The translations under genes were made by a program, and so were the position numbers. 32,000 bases of DNA from the NCBI GenBank assembly GCA_934660865.1, contig CAKUIA010000001.1, forward strand, positions 60,001-92,000. Direction: 5' to 3'. A model generated the notes under the pieces. It did no database searches, had not been told where the DNA came from, and saw only the letters and a program-made list of their open reading frames with translations. Every line of letters begins with the position of its first letter. Within the stretch, counting starts at the first letter, position 1. Shown here piece by piece: positions 7,704-16,276 of this stretch. The DNA is from an uncultured Opitutales bacterium. GTDB lineage: Bacteria; Verrucomicrobiota; Verrucomicrobiia; Opitutales; Intestinicryptomonadaceae.

Positions 7704-8597
7704 ATGCGCGAATATACCAAAGCCACTTTAACGGGAATGCTTGCCCCGCTTTGCTGGGGAACAACGGTGGGCCTTGTAAGGACAATAACCGAGCAGTTCG
7801 GGCTGTCGGCGGGGCTTACATTTTTATACGCCTTTATTGTTATTATGCTTTTGGGCGTGTTGGGCTTCCCAAAACTCGGGCAGTTCCCAAAAAAATATTT
7901 GCTGTTCGGGCTGCCCTGGGCAAACCTGTGCTCTATCTTGTTTTGCGTTTCAATGTATATGTGCCAAAACGAAAGGCAAACGGTTGAAGTTGGCATGGTA
8001 AACTATATGTGGCCGTGTTTGGTTGTGCTTTTTGCCGTGATAATAAACCACCAAAAGGCGCGCTGGTGGCTAACGCCCGCATTGCTTATAAGCGTTTGGG
8101 GCATTATGATTGTTACGGGCGGCGAACAAGGCGCCGACATTAAAGGCATGATACACAACATAGGGCAAAACCCCTACTGCTATTTATTGGCCTTTTTGGG
8201 CGCGGTTTCGTGGGGGGTATATTCCAACCTAACGCGGCGTTTTGCGGCGGGCGCAAACCCAACAATTTTAATTTTCTTTATAGACTTTTTAATTTTCGGC
8301 TCGCTTTGGCTTTGCGGCTTTGGCGACATTAGCGGCGTAAACGCATTCGGCTGGCTTAGCGTGGTTATCGGCGCGGTGGCCTTAGGCGGCGGCTATGCCG
8401 CGTGGAACTACGGCATTGCAAAGGGCAATATTACAATATTGGCGGTATCGTCCTACTTTACGCCCGTGCTTTCCTGCATATTCGCCTCTATTTGGATTGG
8501 AGCTGCCCTTAGCTTTAACCTTATTGTGGGCGTAAGCATTTTGGTGTTCGGCTCTATCTTAACCTGGAGCGCCACCGAATTTGCAAACCAAAAATAG
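7704..8597 (+). CDS. yddG: DMT/EamA-superfamily exporter, YddG-like (aromatic amino acid exporter family)
   Basis: I prefer the ATG at 7704 (297 aa). The 7488 start in the track would overlap the preceding gene and its terminator. Ten-TM-type profile. Strong recalled similarity to E. coli YddG: KATLTGMLAPLCWGTTVGLVR, EVGMVNYMWPCLVVLFAVI, AAWNYGIAKGNITILAVSSYFTPVLS. Confidence 0.85.
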   Translation: MREYTKATLTGMLAPLCWGTTVGLVRTITEQFGLSAGLTFLYAFIVIMLLGVLGFPKLGQFPKKYLLFGLPWANLCSILFCVSMYMCQNERQTVEVGMVNYMWPCLVVLFAVIINHQKARWWLTPALLISVWGIMIVTGGEQGADIKGMIHNIGQNPYCYLLAFLGAVSWGVYSNLTRRFAAGANPTILIFFIDFLIFGSLWLCGFGDISGVNAFGWLSVVIGAVALGGGYAAWNYGIAKGNITILAVSSYFTPVLSCIFASIWIGAALSFNLIVGVSILVFGSILTWSATEFANQK

Positions 8598-8619
8598 CCC
8601 CCGCATTTACCGATTTATT

Positions 8620-8648
8620 TTGACAAAAAAGCCCCGTAAAAATAGGCT
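8620..8648 (+). promoter_or_regulatory. Possible promoter of the GH2 gene
   Basis: TTGACA (8620-8625), 17 nt, TAGGCT (8643-8648). This lies only about 10 nt before the ATG at 8658, so it would imply a near-leaderless mRNA and conflicts with a possible AAAGG Shine-Dalgarno at 8650-8654. Uncertain. Confidence 0.3.
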
Positions 8649-8657
8649 GAAAGGCCT

Positions 8658-11123
8658 ATGAACAAAACTGTATTATATGTTGGGGCGTTTGCATTGCTGT
8701 CTCTTTGCCAAAGCTTTGCACGTCAGATAACCCCGTTGGAGGAAAACTGGAAATTTACCCGCCAAGACAACCCGAACTTTGCCTGCGAAAATTTCGACGC
8801 AAGCAACTGGCAAACGGTAAGCGTGCCGCACGACTGGGCAATACGCGAAAATTTCGACATTTCGCTTGACCATAGTTTGCGATATATAAAAGACGCCTCG
8901 GGGCAAAGCACCGCGCAGCTTGCAACGGGCAGAACGGGGGCCTTGCCCTACATAGGCAAAGGCTACTATAGGCAAAATTTCGAGATTGCAGGCAGCGACA
9001 AAGACAGGAAATTCTTTTTGGAATTCGACGGGGCAATGAGCCATGCAAAAGTTTATGTAAACGGAAAATTTGCGGGCGAACACCCCTACGGCTACGCCTC
9101 GTTTTCGCTGGATATTTCAAACCTGGTAAAAGTTGGCAAAAATACCGTTGCAGTTTCGCTAGAAAACAAGGCGCGCTCGTCTAGGTGGTACCCGGGGGCG
9201 GGGCTTTACAGGAATGTAAGGCTTGTAAGCACCAACAAAACATACATTCCATATAGCGGCATTTACATTAAAACACCCCAAGTTTCGCCCGAAAAATCCC
9301 TTTGCGAAATTCAAGTGCAAATAGAAAAGCCCGAGCCCACCCAACAGCTTGCTTTTAATGCAAAAATTTTCGACAGCGAAAACAACCTTGTAGCGGAAAA
9401 GTCGGTTTGCACCGATAAGGATTCGGCAAAAATTGCAATAGAGCTTAAAAACGCAAGGCTTTGGAGCGCCGACTGCCCCAACTTGTATACAGCCGAAATT
9501 TGCGTGCAAAAAAACGGCAAAAATGTAGACTGCTACAGGCAGCGTTTCGGCTTTAGAACCGTTAGCATGACGCTAGACGGCTTTAAGATTAACGGCAAAA
9601 AGGAAACCCTAAAGGGAGTTTGCCTTCACCACGATTTCGGCGCGCTGGGAGCCGCCTACAACCAAGCCGCAATGCGCTACCGCATAAATATGCTTAAGGA
9701 AATGGGCTGCAATGCAATAAGAACCTCGCACAACATTCCCGACCCGAATATGCTGGATTTATGCGACGAAATGGGCATGTATGTTATGGACGAAATTTTC
9801 GACGAGTGGCAGATCGCCAAATGCGCCAACGGCTACAACAAAGACTGGAACAAGTGGGCAAAAAAAGACATCGACGCCTTTGTAAAGCGCGACCGCTCGC
9901 ACCCGAGCGTTGTTTTGTGGAGCATAGGCAACGAAATTCGGGACCAAATGACATTGGAAATCGGAGCTAAAAATTCGAAGTTTTTAACGGAGTCGGTAAA
10001 GGCGTTGGACGACACGCGGCCGGTTACCGCGGGGCTTCACCCCAACTACAGGCTTGCCGAAAACGTATACGGCAAATACTGCCAAGTTCACGACCTTGTA
10101 GGCTACAACTATAAACCCAATTTGTATAAGGAAACCATGCAAAAACTAAGCAAGCCCGCTTTCGGCAGCGAAACAATTTCGCAGCGCAGCACAAGGGGCT
10201 ACTACGTTTTTGCAGACTCCAACGACGACTATAAGTATAACGACTTGCAAGTTACAAGCTACGATATGCTTAAGGGAGCCGCCTCCACAAAAATCTATAC
10301 GGAATGGTTTTACCAAGACCAGCTTGAAAACTTTATAGGCGAATTTGTATGGACTGGCTTCGACTATCTTGGCGAGCCCTCGCCCTACGACATTCTAAGC
10401 ATAGCAAAAAGCTCGTATTTTGGAATTATAGACTTGGCCAATTTAAAGAAAGACCGCTTTTACCTGTATAAAAGCCGCTGGAACACAAAAGAGCCCACTT
10501 TATATCTTTTGCCGCACTGGACGCACCCGGACAGAGTGGGCAAAAACGTTCCCGTTCACTGCTATACTTCCTACGACAAAGCCGAGCTTTTTGTTAACGG
10601 CAAAAGCCAGGGCATACGCGAAAAATTCAAGGGCTTTGACCCCAAAAAAATGCCCGAACGCTATTGCCTTATGTGGAACGACGTTGTTTACCAGCCCGGC
10701 GAAATAAAGGTTGTAGCCTACGACAAATCCGGCAAAATTGCGGCCGAACAAACGGTTAAAACCGCGGGCAAACCCGCCAAAATAAAGCTTACGCCCAACA
10801 AGCAAAACATTATGGTAGACGGCAAAGACCTTGTTTTTGTCGAAGTTGAAATTACCGACAAAGACGGCGTGCTTTGCCCGAACGCGCAAAACCCGATATT
10901 CTTTAAGGTTGAAGGCAACGGCGCGCTTGCGGGAGTTTGCAACGGCAACCCTGTAGACCACACGCCCTTTTCGGCGCAATGGCTTAGGGCGTTTAACGGC
11001 AAACTCGGCGTAATATTAAGCAGCCCAAGCAGGGAAAGCGGCTTAATGACGCTTAGGGCAATCACCAAAGACCTGCCCGAGGCCGAGCTAAAAATTATGG
11101 CAACGCCCGAACAAACAGAGTAG
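8658..11123 (+). CDS. Glycoside hydrolase family 2 (beta-galactosidase-like), secreted
   Basis: 821 aa with a signal peptide. N-terminal GH2 sugar-binding pattern (NWKFTRQDN...WQTVSVPHDWAI). TIM-barrel segment AIRTSHNIPDPNMLDLCDEMGMYVMDE and the WSIGNE acid/base motif. C-terminal Ig-like/DUF4982-type region. Confidence 0.9.
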   Translation: MNKTVLYVGAFALLSLCQSFARQITPLEENWKFTRQDNPNFACENFDASNWQTVSVPHDWAIRENFDISLDHSLRYIKDASGQSTAQLATGRTGALPYIGKGYYRQNFEIAGSDKDRKFFLEFDGAMSHAKVYVNGKFAGEHPYGYASFSLDISNLVKVGKNTVAVSLENKARSSRWYPGAGLYRNVRLVSTNKTYIPYSGIYIKTPQVSPEKSLCEIQVQIEKPEPTQQLAFNAKIFDSENNLVAEKSVCTDKDSAKIAIELKNARLWSADCPNLYTAEICVQKNGKNVDCYRQRFGFRTVSMTLDGFKINGKKETLKGVCLHHDFGALGAAYNQAAMRYRINMLKEMGCNAIRTSHNIPDPNMLDLCDEMGMYVMDEIFDEWQIAKCANGYNKDWNKWAKKDIDAFVKRDRSHPSVVLWSIGNEIRDQMTLEIGAKNSKFLTESVKALDDTRPVTAGLHPNYRLAENVYGKYCQVHDLVGYNYKPNLYKETMQKLSKPAFGSETISQRSTRGYYVFADSNDDYKYNDLQVTSYDMLKGAASTKIYTEWFYQDQLENFIGEFVWTGFDYLGEPSPYDILSIAKSSYFGIIDLANLKKDRFYLYKSRWNTKEPTLYLLPHWTHPDRVGKNVPVHCYTSYDKAELFVNGKSQGIREKFKGFDPKKMPERYCLMWNDVVYQPGEIKVVAYDKSGKIAAEQTVKTAGKPAKIKLTPNKQNIMVDGKDLVFVEVEITDKDGVLCPNAQNPIFFKVEGNGALAGVCNGNPVDHTPFSAQWLRAFNGKLGVILSSPSRESGLMTLRAITKDLPEAELKIMATPEQTE

Positions 11124-11150
11124 AAAACCGCGTTGCCCAAACAAAAAAAC

Positions 11151-11180
11151 AAAAAGCCCGAAAACAATTCGGGCTTTTTT
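11151..11180. terminator. Bidirectional terminator between convergent genes
   Basis: GCCCGAA (11156-11162) pairs with TTCGGGC (11168-11174), flanked by A5 upstream and T6 downstream. It can therefore terminate both the GH2 gene (+) and the 11202..11906 gene (-). Confidence 0.75.
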
Positions 11181-11201
11181 GTGCGCTAAAAAAACTTTTG
11201 G

Positions 11202-11906
11202 CTACTTTTTTATTTCACGAATCTTTATGTTGCGGAAATCCGTTGCGGCCTGCCCGTGCTTGCCCTGAAAGCCTATCTTGCCGACGGTCGGCATCTCGCA
11301 CTTTTTGTGCTCGGTTAGCCAAGGCAAAATCTTTACGCCGTTGGGGCCTATTTTATTGTCTTTCCATTGCGCCATATCCATTTTGCAGGCGTGCTTTCCG
11401 TTTAGCCAAACGTCTATCTTTTGTCCTTCGGCGCGAATTTTCATCTTCTGCCATTCGCCAAAGGGCAGCTTTGTGTCGATTTCGGTCGGAACGTGCCCGA
11501 AAATTGCCGCGCAATTTCTGGTTGCCGAGCCGAACTTTTCGCACGAGCTGTCGGCTATTTGCACTTCAATGGAATTGGGTATCCATTTACTTGTGTCGGT
11601 GCAGTAAATAACAACGCCGCTGTTCGATTCCTTTTCTATCCTAAATTCAAGCTCCAGCTCGAAATTTTGGTAGTCGGCCTTGGTGAATATAATTTCGTCT
11701 TTATTGGCGCGTATTACGCCCTCTTTGTCTATGCTCCAAACCGCCTTGTTATAGTCGGCGTTCGACAAGTCGGCGGCAAAAAGGTTTTGCCAGTCGTTTT
11801 GGGCGCATTCTTTTTTGGCGGCGTTGCAGGCTTGGTCTTTGCAGCAACCCACCGAAATCAGCGCGGTTATGAACAATAAAGAAACAGTTTTAATTGTGTT
11901 TTTCAT
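11202..11906 (-). CDS. DUF1080 (3-keto-disaccharide hydrolase-like, PF06439) lipoprotein
   Basis: 234 aa. Lipobox-type signal (LISVGC|C). C-terminal hallmark VGKIGFQGKHGQAATDFRNIKIREI, typical of DUF1080 (G.I.LQ.H...v.FRNI.I.el). Confidence 0.8.
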   Translation of the reverse strand: MKNTIKTVSLLFITALISVGCCKDQACNAAKKECAQNDWQNLFAADLSNADYNKAVWSIDKEGVIRANKDEIIFTKADYQNFELELEFRIEKESNSGVVIYCTDTSKWIPNSIEVQIADSSCEKFGSATRNCAAIFGHVPTEIDTKLPFGEWQKMKIRAEGQKIDVWLNGKHACKMDMAQWKDNKIGPNGVKILPWLTEHKKCEMPTVGKIGFQGKHGQAATDFRNIKIREIKK

Positions 11907-11973
11907 ATATACCGTGTTTTGTTAAAGCCCGATTATTGACAGCAAAACGCGGCATAGTCAACCGCAAAGACGG

Positions 11974-12402
11974 CTATTTGCCCTTAAACGAACCCGAATA
12001 GTTGCCGTGCGCGTCTCTATAAGTGGTAGTATCGCCCTTTGTTGCGGCGCTGCCAGTAAAATTGCCGTGGCTGTCTCTAAAAGTTTTGCCGCCGCCGGAG
12101 TTTTCGCTTGCAGACCCGACAAAATTGCCGTGCGCATCACGATATGTGGTTGTGTTGCCATTTTGTGTAGAGCTGCCTATGTAGTTGCCGTGCGCGTCGC
12201 GGTAAACGGTAGTATCGCCGTTTTTGGTGGAAGACCCCGCTAAATTGCCGTGCGCGTCTCTATAAGTGGTAGTATCGCCCTTTGTTGTGGCGCTGCCCGT
12301 ATAATTGCCGTGGCTGTCTCTAAAAGTTCCGCTTTGGGCAAAAAGCAAAGAGCTGCTCGTAAAAGCCAAAAACAAAAATATATAATTTTTTACCGTTCGC
12401 AT
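11974..12402 (-). CDS. Small secreted protein made of six ~20-aa T-x-[YF]-R-D-[AS]-H-G-N-x-x-G-S repeats
   Basis: 142 aa. Signal peptide (MRTVKNYIFLFLAFTSSSLLFA|Q), then the units TFRDSHGNYTGSATTKGDT, TTYRDAHGNLAGSSTKNGDT, TVYRDAHGNYIGSSTQNGNT, TTYRDAHGNFVGSASENSGGGK, TFRDSHGNFTGSAATKGDT and TTYRDAHGNYSGSFKGK. Confidence 0.75.
   Translation of the reverse strand: MRTVKNYIFLFLAFTSSSLLFAQSGTFRDSHGNYTGSATTKGDTTTYRDAHGNLAGSSTKNGDTTVYRDAHGNYIGSSTQNGNTTTYRDAHGNFVGSASENSGGGKTFRDSHGNFTGSAATKGDTTTYRDAHGNYSGSFKGK
12002..12085. repeat. 84-bp intragenic direct repeat, copy 1
   Basis: 12002-12085 and 12245-12328 differ at only 3 of 84 positions and are offset by 243 bp (81 codons). Confidence 0.9.
12245..12328. 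repeat. 84-bp intragenic direct repeat, copy 2
   Basis: See copy 1. The mismatches are c/t, a/c and a/t in the GTTG(C/T)GGCGCTGCC(A/C)GTA(A/T)AATT segment. Confidence 0.9.
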
Positions 12403-12463
12403 AAAACCAATTTTCTTTGTCTATTATATCGTTAACACTAAAAAAGTTATCACTTATAAAAAC

Positions 12464-12492
12464 AAAAAAAACGCCCGATTTGTTTCGGGCGT
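12464..12492 (-). terminator. Rho-independent terminator after the esterase gene
   Basis: ACGCCCGA (12471-12478) pairs with TCGGGCGT (12485-12492). The A-run at 12464-12470 is a T-run on the minus strand after the hairpin. Confidence 0.75.
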
Positions 12493-12510
12493 TGTGTTAG
12501 ATTGCATAAA

Positions 12511-14073
12511 CTATTTTTCGGCCTTAAACGACATTGCGGGCAAGCCCTGCGTGTTGTATAGGCATATTTCGGGCAAAGCCCAGCTTTTCCACAAATAGCG
12601 CACGCCGCTAATTTCGGAATTTTGCGGGGCAAAAACCTCCACAGTGCCCAAGTCGTTTACCAAAACTTTTTCGGCCGGCTGCCAGGAATTGCCGATTTTA
12701 ACCTCAAAGCCTTGCGCTTTGCCCTTTAAAACAAGCTTGCTAGCATACATGTCGAATTCAACCAAAGCCCTGTTTTTGTTAAACTTTGCGCTTTTAAACA
12801 TGGGGCTGTGTTCGCCCTTAATGTCTTTTTTACCGTATATGTTTTTCAACGCTATGTTAAAGAGGCGCTCGCCCACCTCGTCTTTGCGCTGCGGGTGAAT
12901 TTGGTTCTTTTCGCCCAAATCCAAAATAACGGCCATTTCAATATTGTCCATATGCCTAAAGCAGTTGAACTGCTCAAAGCGCGTTTGCTGCCAGTTTTCG
13001 CTTTCGCGCCAATGGGTTGTTACGTCGAAAGACGTAAGCTGCACGGTGTAGAACGGCAAATTTGGCATTTCGAAATGCTTGCGCCATGCGGCAACCAAAG
13101 TTTTAAATTTGTCGGCAAAAATTTGCGGCTGGCCAAAGTCGCCTTCGCCCTGATACCAAAGCACGCCTCTTACGCCGTAGCCGCACAGCGGGGCAACTTT
13201 TGCGTTATACAAAAATGCGGGGGTATTTTGCACGCTAAGGGGAGTTTCCTCCAGCGGCTTATTGGGTTTGTCTTCCTTAAACTCTTTGTTTTCCCGCTTT
13301 GCCGCCGCTTTTTTTGCCTCGTATTTTGCCAGGGCTTTTTCGTATTTATTAAGCGCCTTTTCGTAGTCGTAGTTTTCGGCAAGGCGGTCGTAATATTTAA
13401 GGAATTCTTTGTAGCCTTTGCCTTGTTCGGCGTCTTCGTAGGGCAAAAAGGCCACCATCGATGCCCCGCCCATTGCGGTTCTAACAAGACCTACGGGAAT
13501 ATTAAGCTTTTCGCAAAGTCTTTTGCCGAAAGCATAGCCTATTGCGCTATAACGCCCGACCGTTTGCGGCGTGCACACAACCCACGCGGCGCCTTCGGGG
13601 AAATCCTCCTGGGCCGTAGATGCAATGGCATCGTGCTTTTGAATAAAGCTTCTTAAAAGGGGTTTGTTGCCCTCTTTTACCGCAACGGCATACGCCGCGG
13701 GGCACGAACCCAAATTCCAGTCCATATTCGATTGTCCGCCGCATATCCAAACTTCGCCTACAAGCACGTTTTTAATATGTTTTTGGGCTTTGCCGTTTTC
13801 GCTGACTGTAATTTGCTTTGGGTTGCTGTCGGGCTGCATTGCGGGCAGCTTTAAAGACCATTTGCCCGCATTGTCGGCAATGGCCTGCCCTTTTACACCG
13901 CCAAAGAGCACGGCAACTTTTGCATTGGGCGCGGCTTTGCCCCAAATTTTTACGGGTTCGCCGCACTGCAAAACCATATTGTCGGAAAAGATTTTCGGCA
14001 GCCAAATTTCGCCAAAGGCACAGCCGGCCGCCGCCAACAACGATACAAACATCAATTTAGTTTTCATATACAT
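12511..14073 (-). CDS. SASA-family carbohydrate acetylesterase (sialate O-acetylesterase-like, PF03629)
   Basis: 520 aa with a signal peptide. N-terminal LPKIFSDNMVLQ beta-sandwich. The GQSNM catalytic-serine motif (VWICGGQSNMDW) and LWYQGEGD are typical of this family. An alternative start at 14067 gives MKTKL. Confidence 0.88.
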   Translation of the reverse strand: MYMKTKLMFVSLLAAAGCAFGEIWLPKIFSDNMVLQCGEPVKIWGKAAPNAKVAVLFGGVKGQAIADNAGKWSLKLPAMQPDSNPKQITVSENGKAQKHIKNVLVGEVWICGGQSNMDWNLGSCPAAYAVAVKEGNKPLLRSFIQKHDAIASTAQEDFPEGAAWVVCTPQTVGRYSAIGYAFGKRLCEKLNIPVGLVRTAMGGASMVAFLPYEDAEQGKGYKEFLKYYDRLAENYDYEKALNKYEKALAKYEAKKAAAKRENKEFKEDKPNKPLEETPLSVQNTPAFLYNAKVAPLCGYGVRGVLWYQGEGDFGQPQIFADKFKTLVAAWRKHFEMPNLPFYTVQLTSFDVTTHWRESENWQQTRFEQFNCFRHMDNIEMAVILDLGEKNQIHPQRKDEVGERLFNIALKNIYGKKDIKGEHSPMFKSAKFNKNRALVEFDMYASKLVLKGKAQGFEVKIGNSWQPAEKVLVNDLGTVEVFAPQNSEISGVRYLWKSWALPEICLYNTQGLPAMSFKAEK

Positions 14074-14077
14074 ATAG

Positions 14078-16111
14078 TTATTTTACAAATTTAAAGAATA
14101 CGGGCATCATTGTTTCCACATTCGTGTTTATAGACCAAATATTGCCCTCGCGCGAATGGTCTACATTTTCCCACTCGCCATTTGGAGCAAGCATTAAAAC
14201 AGTTTTATAGTTGTCGATTGTTTTTATGCGGAAGGGATTTTCGGTGTCCAAACCCAAGTTAACAGCGCAAACCAAAAGCGAAGAATCTTTATACTCGCCG
14301 CACTTTAGGTAAATTTCGGCGTCGTCAACATAGTAGGCTTTTGCAACGCCGAATGTTTCAAGCACGTTTGCAAACAAAGCCTTTACCTGACGGTTCATAA
14401 TTGCAGGCTCGCAATTTTTGTCGGCGGCATTTAGCGCCGCAACAAAAACACTGCCGCCCAATTTGTTTTTATATAGCGACATAAGCGGCATATCTTTATT
14501 TTTGCAGTTTCTGCGAAGCTGCCCGGCGTAGTCCATATTCTCGAAATACGCCATAATTTTTACATTGTCGGCAACGGGTTTAAGCGCAAACGGATAGTTT
14601 GTTCTAAAAAATTCGCTTTCGCCTATTCCGCTTAGGGGAATTGCCAACCTGCCCCTGCCCGTCATAAACGTTTTTGCTGGGCTAATTTCAACACCCAACA
14701 AGTCGCCCATATTCCTTTTTTGAATTTGCATTGCAGCCGTAGAATCTACTATTGCCGACTTAGAAAGTATTGTTTTTAGCTCGCTGTCGCTTAAGGCTGC
14801 AACAATAGAAGCATCTAGCATAAATGCTTGAGCAGCGTTTGCCCGCGCGTAGTTTACGGGCAAGCCCAACCTGCCGAAGGATTTTTGCCATTTGCTGTAA
14901 TACGAATCTATAGAAGCTGCAAGGGGGTTATATTGATAAAAATCGTTTTCGGCAATAGGCCCCGTTATGCCGGCATATTTCACTTTCTTTGTTTCGTTTA
15001 TAAGCGCGTTGTAAAATTTTGAATGTTTTGAAAACAACTTTTTGTAGGCTTGCGCGCTTTTTGGGTCGTAGCCGTAAAAGTTGTTGGGCCAGAATTTTGC
15101 ACCCGTACACCCCTCTATCAAAGACATTGCGTATAGCGTATGCAAAGGCCTTGCCCCCGTTGCGTATCTGTTACGGTAATGCGGGTCTATTTCAGCAAGG
15201 TGCTCGTCTATGTCTTTTGTAATTTCTATCTGCACCGCCGTAGAGTACATTCTATGGGGAAATGTGCGGTTGCTGTCGCTGCCCGACCAATACCTCGCAT
15301 TGTTTATGCGGCATACCGAAGGGTTTCCCTTGCCCGCCAATATCTTTGCAAGCTTTGTAGAAAAGCGCGAATCTGACTCGCATTGACAGAAAATTATCGG
15401 CATTGTTTCGTCTACTAAATCTACGCTTTGGCGCAATTTTTGCATAAGGCTTGCAAGCGATTCAAAATTGGTTTCGTCGAAAAGCTTTGCAACTTTCCTA
15501 TCTTCTTCGCTTTTGCCACGCAAATGCTTGTAAAGCTGCTCCCTTGTTATGTTGTAGCCAAGTTTGCCCGACAATTTTTTTAAGTGCAATGGACATGCGC
15601 AACCGTTTCTGCCGGTAGTAAGGCGCGTATCGTCGTCTATAAGAAGAAAATCGGGCTTTAACTGCGCCATTTTTTTAACGGCGTTGCAGGAATACGAAAT
15701 AAGCAGCTCGTCTAGCGGGCAATATACGGGAAATTCCCTGCCCGAAACCGAAACGATTTTTTGAATGTTTGCATAGTTCGGAATTTTGCCGTGCCCTAAA
15801 ATTGCGTGAAACATTATGCCCACGGGGCACTTTAGTTTGCCCGCGCTTTTAAGCAAAGTTTTGTATTCCGACGCAAATTCCGAAACTTTGTCGATTGGAT
15901 TAGGCGAGCCTTCAGCAATGGCCATCATCTGAACAACGTGCATTGTACAGCAGCCGTTCTCTTCCATAAAGTGCATGTCTTTTGCAAGGTCTTTTGTAAG
16001 AGAATCCTGCAGGGGAACCAAATTTATAAGTTTTACTTCGGGTAATTTCTGTTTTGCATATAGCGAAAACGCCGCAAAAAACGAAAGTATAAGCGCAACA
16101 CAAAATTTCAT
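14078..16111 (-). CDS. Secreted protein of unknown function (677 aa), co-operonic with the acetylesterase
   Basis: Signal peptide MKFCVALILSFFAAFSLYA|K and a GAGGAG Shine-Dalgarno 8 nt before the ATG. Its stop at 14078-14080 lies 4 nt from the esterase start. I recognise no family motif. Confidence 0.8.
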   Translation of the reverse strand: MKFCVALILSFFAAFSLYAKQKLPEVKLINLVPLQDSLTKDLAKDMHFMEENGCCTMHVVQMMAIAEGSPNPIDKVSEFASEYKTLLKSAGKLKCPVGIMFHAILGHGKIPNYANIQKIVSVSGREFPVYCPLDELLISYSCNAVKKMAQLKPDFLLIDDDTRLTTGRNGCACPLHLKKLSGKLGYNITREQLYKHLRGKSEEDRKVAKLFDETNFESLASLMQKLRQSVDLVDETMPIIFCQCESDSRFSTKLAKILAGKGNPSVCRINNARYWSGSDSNRTFPHRMYSTAVQIEITKDIDEHLAEIDPHYRNRYATGARPLHTLYAMSLIEGCTGAKFWPNNFYGYDPKSAQAYKKLFSKHSKFYNALINETKKVKYAGITGPIAENDFYQYNPLAASIDSYYSKWQKSFGRLGLPVNYARANAAQAFMLDASIVAALSDSELKTILSKSAIVDSTAAMQIQKRNMGDLLGVEISPAKTFMTGRGRLAIPLSGIGESEFFRTNYPFALKPVADNVKIMAYFENMDYAGQLRRNCKNKDMPLMSLYKNKLGGSVFVAALNAADKNCEPAIMNRQVKALFANVLETFGVAKAYYVDDAEIYLKCGEYKDSSLLVCAVNLGLDTENPFRIKTIDNYKTVLMLAPNGEWENVDHSREGNIWSINTNVETMMPVFFKFVK

Positions 16112-16160
16112 ATAAAATTCTCCTCAATCAATATATAATTTAGCTGTTATAACGATTCAC

Positions 16161-16189
16161 ATTCTCGCAATATGCCAAATTTATGTCAA
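16161..16189 (-). promoter_or_regulatory. Putative sigma70-type promoter of the 14078..16111 operon
   Basis: On the minus strand: TTGACA (16189-16184), 17 nt, GAGAAT (16166-16161) preceded by TGC. About 45 nt of leader, then GAGGAG and the ATG. Confidence 0.4.
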
Positions 16190-16200
16190 GAATAGACAAA

Positions 16201-16248
16201 ACAAAAACAACAAAAAACAAACACAAACCAACATCCGGTTTGTGTTTG
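16201..16248 (-). terminator. Terminator after the 16277..16834 gene
   Basis: Perfect 12-bp stem: CAAACACAAACC (16218-16229) pairs with GGTTTGTGTTTG (16237-16248). T-rich tract on the minus strand (16201-16217). Confidence 0.55.
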
Positions 16249-16276
16249 CAAGTTTAAAAATGTGTTTTTCAAAAAA

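Noticed and set aside
12002-12328. Regularly spaced direct repeats that could be mistaken for a CRISPR-like array
   Set aside because: The repeats are in frame within a signal-peptide-bearing ORF and encode a 20-aa protein repeat. There are no unique spacers, leader or cas genes.
12808-13656. 282-aa plus-strand ORF opposite the SASA esterase. Likewise 21187..21757 opposite pstA, 22286..22738 opposite pstC and 28766..29288 opposite GH28
   Set aside because: Antisense shadow ORFs. The opposite-strand genes carry diagnostic catalytic or transporter motifs.
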